In this document: positions 9,846-17,806 of the stretch, piece after piece
Layout: each line of letters starts with the position of its first letter
Numbering within the stretch: the stretch's first letter is position 1
From: Bacteroidia bacterium
Lineage (GTDB): Bacteria; Bacteroidota; Bacteroidia; AKYH767-A; 2013-40CM-41-45
Length of the DNA stretch: 64,000 bases
Assembly (NCBI GenBank): GCA_038230515.1
Contig: JBBRND010000001.1
Span: forward strand, 88,464-152,463
Reading direction: 5' to 3'
Translations under genes and position numbers: made by a program
Notes under the pieces: model-generated
Told to the model about the DNA's origin: nothing
Seen by the model: only the letters and a program-made list of their open reading frames with translations
The model's database searches: none

Positions 9846-10243
9846 TATTTGATTTCAATCTTGCCTGTAAGCAGTTTATGAATCGGGCATTTGTCTGCAA
9901 CAAGCATCAACCGTGCGCGTTGTTCATCAGTAAGATTTCCTTCCAGAAAAACGTTCCGGTGAATAATGTTTTTCTCTACACCCTCTTCAATTACTTTTTC
10001 AATGTTCAAGGTTACTGAAATTTTCTTTAAATCCCACTGCTTGTGCCGGGCATACATGCGGAGCGTGATGGCGGTGCAATTGCCTAACGAAGCAAGAAGA
10101 AATTGATGTGATGCGGGTCCGAGATCTTTTCCTCCTGATTTTTCAGGTTCGTCACCGAGGAGCTGATGATTGCCGAGATCAATAGAGGTAGAAAAAATTC
10201 CACCATCATTAACGATTACAATGTCCTTTTCATACTTCAACAT
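9845..10243 (-). CDS. OsmC family protein
   Basis: 132 aa with LLASLGNCTAITLRMYA and a C-terminal CPIHKLL motif, the two conserved Cys of OsmC/Ohr. Confidence 0.85.
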   Translation of the reverse strand: MLKYEKDIVIVNDGGIFSTSIDLGNHQLLGDEPEKSGGKDLGPASHQFLLASLGNCTAITLRMYARHKQWDLKKISVTLNIEKVIEEGVEKNIIHRNVFLEGNLTDEQRARLMLVADKCPIHKLLTGKIEIK

Positions 10244-10244
10244 A

Positions 10245-10547
10245 TCAGTTCAAAGATATGGAAGGCATTACTAATGATGACTGATGATGAAAAGTAAGTT
10301 CGCTGATTTCTGGTTTCATGAATGCGATGAGCGGAAATTGTGCAAGTGTATCCATTACTGAATTTTCTGATTTAGCTACGATAATCGTCCAGAGCCGGGT
10401 GCGCTCAAGATTTAATGTGTAGCACATTATCACTCCTGCATCCATCAGCGAATTTATTTTTGCGCGCTGTTCGGGAATGAGTTCTACAAATTTTTCAGTA
10501 AGTGTTTCGGGGAGTTTAAACTCTACCATGTATTGTCTTAGTTCCAT
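10245..10547 (-). CDS. small conserved protein, possibly muconolactone delta-isomerase-like fold
   Basis: Start set at ATG 10547 (MELRQYMVEFKLPE), because the longer ORF would overlap trpS. The fold assignment comes from memory of similar about-95-aa Bacteroidota proteins and is not verified. Confidence 0.6.
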   Translation of the reverse strand: MELRQYMVEFKLPETLTEKFVELIPEQRAKINSLMDAGVIMCYTLNLERTRLWTIIVAKSENSVMDTLAQFPLIAFMKPEISELTFHHQSSLVMPSISLN

Positions 10548-10602
10548 TCCGGTTGATATTAAAAACGGGTTAGAATGAAAACAAAAAGCAAGATAAAAAG
10601 TT

Positions 10603-11604
10603 TCAGAAATGCCGGAAGCCAATCAATCTTCTAGCTTCTGAAATGGTTTGGGATGCGCTCTCACGCGCCTTCTCTGCGCCCTGAGTAGCTACTTTGTGAA
10701 TGAACTTTTCGTCAGAAGACAGGGCAAGAATTTTTTCGCGGAGCGGAGCAGTAAAAGCAATCATGTCTTCAGCCAATTGTTTTTTCATGTCACCGTAGCG
10801 TATCTTCATCGTGTTGTACAACTCTTCAAAATGATGCAGCGTTTCTGTTGAAGACACGACTTCCATGAGCGTAAAAATATTCTGAATCGCTTCGGGCTTC
10901 GGTTGGTTTTCAGTTGTAGGTCCGCTGTCAGTAACAGCGCGCATTACTTTTTTGCGGATCACTTCAGGAGCATCAGAAAGAAAAACAGCATTGCCCTCTC
11001 CTTCGCTCTTTCCCATTTTGCCCGCGCCATCCAACCCGGGAATTTTTACAAGCTGTGTTCCGTAATTAAATGCAACAGGTTCAGGAAATAAATCGTGCTT
11101 GTACATTCTGTTGAAACGGTTTCCGAAAGTGCGTGCAAATTCAAGATGCTGCTCCTGATCTTTTCCCACAGGAACTTTTGCTGCGCGGTGAATTAAAATA
11201 TCAGCAGCCATCAGCACAGGATAAGTAAGCAGTCCTGCATTTACATTATCAGGATGCTTGCGGACTTTTTCTTTGAAAGTAGTTGAGCGCTCAAGCTCTC
11301 CCACGTATGCATTCATGTTAAGAAGAAGAAACAACTCTGCGGTCTCAGGCAAATCGCTTTGAATATAAATCGTGCACGCATCAGGATCAATTCCGCAGGC
11401 GAGGTATTCCACCAATACCTGTTTTACGGTTGCATGAAGATCTCCGGGAGTGGGATGCGTGGTGAGCGAATGATAATCTGCGATAAAGAAAAAGCAATTG
11501 TACTCATACTGCATCTTCACGAAATTTTTTATCGCTCCGAAATAATTTCCGAGATGCAGGTTGCCGGTGCTGCGGATTCCACTTACAACTGTTTCTTTAC
11601 TCAT
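10603..11604 (-). CDS. trpS: tryptophan--tRNA ligase
   Basis: Class I signatures GNLHLGNY (HIGH-type) and KMGKS (KMSKS), plus AADILIH. Start at ATG 11604. Confidence 0.95.
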   Translation of the reverse strand: MSKETVVSGIRSTGNLHLGNYFGAIKNFVKMQYEYNCFFFIADYHSLTTHPTPGDLHATVKQVLVEYLACGIDPDACTIYIQSDLPETAELFLLLNMNAYVGELERSTTFKEKVRKHPDNVNAGLLTYPVLMAADILIHRAAKVPVGKDQEQHLEFARTFGNRFNRMYKHDLFPEPVAFNYGTQLVKIPGLDGAGKMGKSEGEGNAVFLSDAPEVIRKKVMRAVTDSGPTTENQPKPEAIQNIFTLMEVVSSTETLHHFEELYNTMKIRYGDMKKQLAEDMIAFTAPLREKILALSSDEKFIHKVATQGAEKARESASQTISEARRLIGFRHF

Positions 11605-11666
11605 TGGGCGAAAGTACAATCCAAATTACTTTGATCAAACACGAAATTATTGCAGCTAAAATATCG

Positions 11667-12275
11667 TCAATGGTTGATGAAGAAATCAATCAACTGAAGC
11701 GTGATGGAAGTATCTATTGGGTCATCTGTTCTCACCAATCCTACATCCTTCGCGTAATAAGATATTTCATAAAGTGTTTTCGGATAATTATAAAAAAAAG
11801 GGGATTCTTGATAAGCATCTACCCTGATTACATGATTATATAAAACTCCATTCACAATAAGCGCTGTATCAGTTGTCCCCACTTCTCTCCATGAAGTTTC
11901 TTTATAAGAATACACTAAAAGATAATCTCCGGTGTGTTCTGAAAGATAAGCAACCTGCGATAGTCCTTCATCGTTCGGTTGCTGCACATGGTTTTCGGCA
12001 GGTGTGGAATATCCGTAAATCGGTTTTCCATTCCAGAAAGGTACTTTGACTACATCCGTATAACTGTTGTTAAGTTCATAGCTTGGATATGAATGTTCCA
12101 TATAATTATTTTCTGTTTTATAAGTAACTGTGTCACCATTTCCTTTGAGGTATCTCCACCAGGAACCGGGATATACTGGAAGATAAGACAATGGATAGAT
12201 TGTCTGCAAAGGTTTGGATGGTTCCTTGCCGCATCCAGATACAATTGCTAAGAGAATTAAAAAATATTTTTTCAT
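11667..12275 (-). CDS. hypothetical lipoprotein
   Basis: Start ATG 12275 gives MKKYFLILLAIVSGC (lipobox). ATGA overlap with the upstream ORF stop. Confidence 0.6.
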   Translation of the reverse strand: MKKYFLILLAIVSGCGKEPSKPLQTIYPLSYLPVYPGSWWRYLKGNGDTVTYKTENNYMEHSYPSYELNNSYTDVVKVPFWNGKPIYGYSTPAENHVQQPNDEGLSQVAYLSEHTGDYLLVYSYKETSWREVGTTDTALIVNGVLYNHVIRVDAYQESPFFYNYPKTLYEISYYAKDVGLVRTDDPIDTSITLQLIDFFINH

Positions 12276-12883
12276 AACAGTACTCCTAGTGCAATGCATC
12301 CGAAGAGCTGCATCGAAGCTTGCGCTTTTTGTTTTTCAAAGGAAGAAAATAAAAGAGGGTCTGCATCCGTAAATATTGAATATGTAATACCCGCCAACGC
12401 TTCGCAATAAATTCTTTTGATGAAGAAGTATCTTATTCCATAATGTACCGAGATTTCATTTTTAGTTACCTCATGAGTTAAGGTTGCCCTAACAGGAATG
12501 CTCGGAACAGCAGTATCGTACATGATGACATCGTAATAGTAATGCAGATGTTGAAAATTAAATCCCGCATGTCTAATAAATTTCTTTGCCAAAGAATCAA
12601 CGAAAAACTTTATTCCAATATCCCACGATTTTTCATTGAAAATTTTGCGATCGTTTGTAGAGAATAAGAAACCGATACCAAAATCAAGTGAAATTTTTTG
12701 ATGAATAAAAATCAAGGAAGCTTGAGGTGATAAAGCATAATAAGGGCTATTGTTTTTTCTGATACGGATAGAAAAATCTCCATGAAAAGCACGTGCATTG
12801 ATTGTATCGTCTGCTTTCAAATCAAAGCAGTAAAAGAAAAGCACCGTGAATAAAAGAAAAATATAATTTGAGTTTTTAAGCAT
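12272..12883 (-). CDS. hypothetical secreted / outer-membrane-like protein
   Basis: Start ATG 12883 gives a signal-like MLKNSNYIFLLFTVLFFYCF. Alternating beta-strand-like sequence. Confidence 0.55.
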   Translation of the reverse strand: MLKNSNYIFLLFTVLFFYCFDLKADDTINARAFHGDFSIRIRKNNSPYYALSPQASLIFIHQKISLDFGIGFLFSTNDRKIFNEKSWDIGIKFFVDSLAKKFIRHAGFNFQHLHYYYDVIMYDTAVPSIPVRATLTHEVTKNEISVHYGIRYFFIKRIYCEALAGITYSIFTDADPLLFSSFEKQKAQASMQLFGCIALGVLL

Positions 12884-12966
12884 GGTTAATTCTTCAAAAG
12901 TAGAAATATTGCTCTTGCATCGCAATTTGATCTTTTAAGTTTAATTTTAGCCGCTGAAAAAAATAA

Positions 12967-14508
12967 ATGAAATCAAAACTAAAACTTCTCGATGAAAAAA
13001 TTGCCGAAGCTCAATTAGGTGGCGGCAAGAAACGCATCGAAGCACAACATAAAAAAGGAAAACTCACAGCACGCGAGCGCGTACATTTTCTTCTTGACGA
13101 AGGCAGCTTTGAAGAAATTGGAATGTTGGTTACGCACCGCTCCACAGAATTTGGTTTGGAGAAAGAAAAATACCTGGGCGATGGAGTGATTACCGGTTAC
13201 GGAACCATCAACAGTCGCCTTGTGTATGTGTATGCGCAGGACTTCACCGTGTTTGGCGGATCGCTGAGTGAAGCACATGCAGAAAAGATTTGCCGCATCA
13301 TGGATCTTGCAATGCAGAATGGTGCGCCCATTGTTGGACTAAATGATTCGGGCGGTGCGCGCATTCAGGAAGGAGTGGTTTCTCTTGGCGGCTACGCTGA
13401 TATTTTTTACCGCAACACGATGGCATCGGGAGTTATTCCGCAGATCAGCGCCATCATGGGACCATGCGCAGGTGGTGCGGTTTATTCTCCGGCAATCACC
13501 GATTTTATTGTGATGGTAGAAAACATGTCCTACATGTTTGTGACCGGACCGAATGTGGTGAAGACTGTTACGCACGAAGAAGTTTCGTCAGAAGAATTGG
13601 GTGGTGCGCAAACTCACGCTTCAAAATCCGGTGTTACTCATTTCACTTCTGCGAACGAATTGGAGTGCATTGCACTCATTAAAAAAATGTTGAGTTACAT
13701 GCCGCAGAACTGTGAGGACAGCCCTCCGGCTCTTGCGAATGAAAGTTCTGATGAATCGCGTCCCGGGCTCAACAATATTATTCCTGACAACTCGAATCAA
13801 CCATACGATATTAAAGAAGTAATTGAAAAAGTTTGTGACGAAGGAACTTTTCTCGAAGTGCATAAAGATTTTGCTGAAAATATTGTTGTCGGCTTTGCGC
13901 GGCTTGCAGGGAGGTCAATCGGCATCGTTGCCAATCAGCCTGCTCATCTTGCAGGTGTGCTTGACATTAATGCCTCCACCAAAGCAGCGCGCTTCGTTCG
14001 CTTCTGCGATTGCTTCAACATTCCGCTGTTGGTGTTTGAAGATGTTCCCGGTTTTCTTCCCGGCACGGATCAGGAATGGAACGGCATTATCACTAACGGA
14101 GCAAAACTTTTGTATGCATTCTGCGAAGCAACTGTTCCCCGCATTACGGTGATTACCCGCAAAGCTTATGGTGGTGCGTATGATGTGATGAACAGCAAGC
14201 ATATCGGTGCTGATATGAATTATGCATGGCCTTCAGCAGAAATTGCTGTGATGGGAGCAAAAGGCGCAGCAGAAATTATTTTCAAAAAAGAAATCAGTGA
14301 AGCCAAAGACCCCGATGCAAAACTGAAAGAGAAAGAAAAAGAATACATCGAACTTTTTGCTAATCCATACAAAGCAGCAGAGCGCGGGTATGTGGATGAG
14401 GTGATCAATCCGGAAGACACGCGGAAGAAATTAATTACCGCATTTAAAATGCTTGAAAACAAAGTAGCGAAACTGCCGAGGAAGAAGCATGGAAATATTC
14501 CTCTCTGA
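12967..14508 (+). CDS. acyl-CoA carboxylase beta subunit (carboxyltransferase; propionyl-/methylmalonyl-CoA type)
   Basis: 513 aa with [31 protein letters not shown] and a C-terminal HGNIPL. Confidence 0.95.
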   Translation: MKSKLKLLDEKIAEAQLGGGKKRIEAQHKKGKLTARERVHFLLDEGSFEEIGMLVTHRSTEFGLEKEKYLGDGVITGYGTINSRLVYVYAQDFTVFGGSLSEAHAEKICRIMDLAMQNGAPIVGLNDSGGARIQEGVVSLGGYADIFYRNTMASGVIPQISAIMGPCAGGAVYSPAITDFIVMVENMSYMFVTGPNVVKTVTHEEVSSEELGGAQTHASKSGVTHFTSANELECIALIKKMLSYMPQNCEDSPPALANESSDESRPGLNNIIPDNSNQPYDIKEVIEKVCDEGTFLEVHKDFAENIVVGFARLAGRSIGIVANQPAHLAGVLDINASTKAARFVRFCDCFNIPLLVFEDVPGFLPGTDQEWNGIITNGAKLLYAFCEATVPRITVITRKAYGGAYDVMNSKHIGADMNYAWPSAEIAVMGAKGAAEIIFKKEISEAKDPDAKLKEKEKEYIELFANPYKAAERGYVDEVINPEDTRKKLITAFKMLENKVAKLPRKKHGNIPL

Positions 14509-14562
14509 TTCACGATGCACAAATCGCAATGCATGATTCACGATTCACAATTCACAATTAAG
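14507..14562. repeat. heptamer-phased word tract (8 x RATTCAC-like)
   Basis: GATTCAC GATGCAC AAATCGC AATGCAT GATTCAC GATTCAC AATTCAC AATTAAG in one 7-nt register. Confidence 0.75.
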
Positions 14563-15555
14563 AATGGGCTGGTTACATTATGCATTGCTGTTTGTGTATT
14601 GTGCATCTCCCTCTCAAGTTGTAATAACACCGATACAAAGCCAACAGCCAACAGCGAGAAACCGGTAGCTGCTTCCATAAGCGTTCCTTCTTTCAATGCG
14701 GACTCTGCTTATTCTTTTGTTCAAGCGCAATGCAATTTCGGACCGCGCACTCCGAATACAAAACAGCATGATGCCTGCGCTTCCTATCTTATCAGCAAAA
14801 TGAAAACGTATTGCGACACGGTGCTAGTGCAGAAAGGACAGGTAACTACTTTCAATAAAGTAAAACTGAACATTCAGAATATCATTTGCCAGTTCAATCC
14901 TCAAACAAAAAACCGGATTCTCTTATTTGCTCATTGGGATACGCGCCCGTGGGCTGATCAGGATACAGTTCATAAAGACGAACCGATACTTGCTGCTGAT
15001 GATGCAGGAAGCGGAGTGGCAGTGCTGATGGAGCTTGCGCGTATTCTTTCATCACAAAAAATTTCTGTTGGTGTTGATCTTGTTTTTTTTGATGCAGAAG
15101 ATTATGGTGTAAGAAGACAAGACGGACAGGATGATGACAGCTACGCATTGGGCACTCAGTACTGGTGCAAAAATCTGGTGCCCTCAACTTATTCTGCCAA
15201 CTATGGAATTTTACTCGACATGGTTGGCGCGCGCAACGCTACGTTTCATATTGAAGGATATTCAAAACAGTATGCCTCGTTTGTCGTTGATAAAGTGTGG
15301 GGTGCGGCAAATCATCTTGGCTACTCATCGTACTTTCAATATGCCGATGGTGGTTTTGTAACGGATGATCACGTGTATCCGAATCAGATTTTAAATATTC
15401 CCTGCGCGGATATTATTTATACCAAGCCCGGAACTTTTACGTTTGGTGATCACTGGCATACGCACCGCGATAACATGGACATTATTGACAGGAATACGTT
15501 GAAGGCGGTTGGGCAGACATTGATGCAGGTTTTGTTTACCGAAGCAGGAGCATAA
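14515..15555 (+). CDS. M28 family peptidase / glutaminyl-cyclase-like lipoprotein
   Basis: Lipobox LSSC, plus HWDTRPWADQD, ADDAGSGVAVLMELAR and FFDAEDYG. The start is uncertain (ATG 14515 or 14533) because the first codons lie in the heptamer tract. Confidence 0.8.
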   Translation: MHKSQCMIHDSQFTIKNGLVTLCIAVCVLCISLSSCNNTDTKPTANSEKPVAASISVPSFNADSAYSFVQAQCNFGPRTPNTKQHDACASYLISKMKTYCDTVLVQKGQVTTFNKVKLNIQNIICQFNPQTKNRILLFAHWDTRPWADQDTVHKDEPILAADDAGSGVAVLMELARILSSQKISVGVDLVFFDAEDYGVRRQDGQDDDSYALGTQYWCKNLVPSTYSANYGILLDMVGARNATFHIEGYSKQYASFVVDKVWGAANHLGYSSYFQYADGGFVTDDHVYPNQILNIPCADIIYTKPGTFTFGDHWHTHRDNMDIIDRNTLKAVGQTLMQVLFTEAGA

Positions 15556-15576
15556 CCCAATCGAATAACGAATCCT

Positions 15577-16710
15577 TTGCATTCTGAAAAACAGAAATTA
15601 TTTTTTCCAAATTTAGACGGGCTCCGGTTCTTCTCTTTCCTCGCTGTTTTTCTTTTACATGGTCTCGTTACAGATTCTCCGGCTATTCACGAAGCGAATT
15701 GGTTTAAGCAGAGCAAACTTCTCGCACATGCCGATCTGGGAGTAAGCTTCTTTTTCGTACTCAGCGGATTTCTCATCACCTATCTTTTGCTTTTTGAAAA
15801 TCAGTCGCGTGGAAAAATTGATGTAGGTTCATTTTATGTAAGACGTGTGCTGCGCATCTGGCCGCTTTATTTTTTCTGTGTCATTTATGGTTTTATCATC
15901 ACACCACATTTGCGAATACTGATGGGACAATCGCCTGCCGAAAATGCAAACCCGCTTTTGTCTGCAACATTTCTCAACAACTTCGACCGCATACACAACG
16001 GACCTCCGCAATCTGCCGTGCTTGGTGTGCTGTGGTCTATTGCGGTGGAAGAACAATTCTATTTGTTGTGGCCTCTTCTTCTTTTCTTCGTTCCTAAAAA
16101 ATATTTTCAATGGATATTTTTCACGGTCATAACAGTGTCCTTAGTTTACAGATCATTCCAGCAGGGTGAGGTGGCGGAAAATCATACGCTCGGTGTAATT
16201 TCCGACATGGCTATCGGTGGACTGGCTGCATGGCTTTCCATCCGGAAGAATTTTTTTGAAAAAATGTTTGAAAAGATTCCAAAGCCGGTTACGCTCATTT
16301 TTTACACCGTTACTTTTTTGCTCATTGTCTTTTGGTATCAGTTGTTTTCGTTTCGTGAATTAATTGTTTTCAGGCGGGTAATTATGGCAACTGCATTTGC
16401 ATGGATTATTGTGGAGCAGAACTACAATTCAAAATCATATTTCAAAATTTCGAACTTCAAAATAATTTCGCGGCTCGGGAAATATACGTACGGTCTTTAT
16501 TGCCTGCACCCGATAGCCATATCAGCTACCATAGTCGGCTTGCGGGCATTGGGAATAAATAAAACCGGCTGGCAGATTATTTTTCTTCAGATTCCCGTTT
16601 CGCTGCTCGTTTCCATTTTGCTCAGCTACGTAAGCTATCATGCTTTCGAAAAACATTTTCTGAAGCTGAAAGAACGCTTTGCTTACATCACGAAAGGGAA
16701 AGCGGTTTAA
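15577..16710 (+). CDS. acyltransferase family 3 membrane protein
   Basis: NLDGLRFFSFLAVFLLH N-terminal motif and about 10 TM segments. TTG is the only in-frame start upstream of the motif. Confidence 0.8.
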   Translation: MHSEKQKLFFPNLDGLRFFSFLAVFLLHGLVTDSPAIHEANWFKQSKLLAHADLGVSFFFVLSGFLITYLLLFENQSRGKIDVGSFYVRRVLRIWPLYFFCVIYGFIITPHLRILMGQSPAENANPLLSATFLNNFDRIHNGPPQSAVLGVLWSIAVEEQFYLLWPLLLFFVPKKYFQWIFFTVITVSLVYRSFQQGEVAENHTLGVISDMAIGGLAAWLSIRKNFFEKMFEKIPKPVTLIFYTVTFLLIVFWYQLFSFRELIVFRRVIMATAFAWIIVEQNYNSKSYFKISNFKIISRLGKYTYGLYCLHPIAISATIVGLRALGINKTGWQIIFLQIPVSLLVSILLSYVSYHAFEKHFLKLKERFAYITKGKAV

Positions 16711-16719
16711 CGGAGATTG

Positions 16720-16950
16720 CCTTCCGGCAAAAAGGATGGGCATTCCGGTCAAAAGGTTCAATTGAACGGTAAAATCGTTGGGTACTTCGGCAAAAGGGAT
16801 GGGTTGGCCAGTTAAACCGTTGGGTACTCCCGTAAAAGCGTTTGGTTGGCTGGGAAAACCGTTGGGGCCTCCAGTAAAACCGTTTGGTTGGCTGGGAAAA
16901 CTGTTGGGGCCTCCGGTAAAACCGTTGGGTTGGCTGGAAAAACCGTTGGG
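16720..16950. repeat. 21-bp phased array B (11 units, consensus NNCTCCGGTAAAACCGTTGGG)
   Basis: Units start at 16720 and every 21 bp through 16930. An A4 tract occupies positions 10-13 of every unit. The last six units alternate as a 42-bp super-repeat. Confidence 0.9.
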
Positions 16951-17295
16951 GTCATTTTTACAGCAAAACCACTTATTTTTCTCAAAATAAAGGTTTTTCG
17001 AAAAATCAATCCTTCCGCTTCGGGTGGCTTCAGGTGTTGTATGATGGATTGTGTGTGGCTCAACTCACGGATAGCGGGTGCACTTCTTCGGCTTTGCAGG
17101 TAGTTTCAATCAGGTGTATTTGGAGAGAATATTTTTTTGATGGGATGAAAAATTCCCGACCAGTTAAATATACCCTACTGTTTAAACCATGGACTATAGC
17201 TTTTATTTTTTCTGCCGGTTTATTTTCCGATTAAAACTTTTTCTATTTTCACATCCTCAAATTCAAAATTGTTCAACCCTAAAATTTAATTTATC

Positions 17296-17733
17296 ATGAG
17301 TGGAGTCAACAAAGTTATTTTGGTAGGTCATGTGGGCAAAGACCCAGAAGTGAAATACCTTGAAGGCGGAGTGGCAGTGGCAAAATTTTCTCTTGCTACT
17401 ACCGAAACGTATAAAAACAAAGAAGGTCAGAAGGTGGAAAACACCGAGTGGCACAACATCGTGATGTGGCGTGCACTTGCAGAATTGGCGGAAAAGTATG
17501 TACGCAAAGGAAATCTTCTTTATATTGAAGGAAGAATAAAAACACGCCAGTACGGAGAAGAGAATAATAAAAAGTATTTCACGGAAATACTCACAGACAA
17601 CATGACCTTCCTTGGGAGTAAAAAAGATGGTGCTGGCTCTTCGCAATCATCATCACCTGCTGACAGCGGCAGAACAATTGATGCACCCGCACCCGAAATG
17701 GCTGCAGGACCTACGGACGATCTTCCGTTTTAA
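17296..17733 (+). CDS. ssb: single-stranded DNA-binding protein
   Basis: OB-fold N-terminus NKVILVGHVGKDPEV, TEWHNIVMW, a Gly/Ser/Pro-rich linker and an acidic tip DDLPF. Confidence 0.95.
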   Translation: MSGVNKVILVGHVGKDPEVKYLEGGVAVAKFSLATTETYKNKEGQKVENTEWHNIVMWRALAELAEKYVRKGNLLYIEGRIKTRQYGEENNKKYFTEILTDNMTFLGSKKDGAGSSQSSSPADSGRTIDAPAPEMAAGPTDDLPF

Positions 17734-17756
17734 TTTTCAATACAACTCTTAAAATC

Positions 17757-17796
17757 AGGCGCAAGGTTTTTACATAACTTTGCGCCTCTTCTTTTC
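17757..17796 (+). terminator. stem-loop plus T-rich tail downstream of ssb
   Basis: AGGCGCAA (17757-17764) pairs with TTGCGCCT (17780-17787), followed by CTTCTTTTC. Confidence 0.45.
17775..17782 (+). promoter_or_regulatory. putative Bacteroidota -7 box (TAACTTTG) for gldE
   Basis: Matches the TAnnTTTG consensus. Lies in the loop and 3' arm of the ssb hairpin. This argues against the track start TTG 17780. Confidence 0.35.
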
Positions 17797-17806
17797 ATCA
17801 ACACAC

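Noticed and set aside
16951-17295. Relatively GC-rich stretch with CTTCGG-type loops (about 17000-17130) as a structured ncRNA upstream of ssb.
   Set aside because: I could not fold a convincing multi-stem structure by hand. I found no signature of SRP, 6S, RNase P or tmRNA. It is left unannotated, and a covariance-model scan would settle it.
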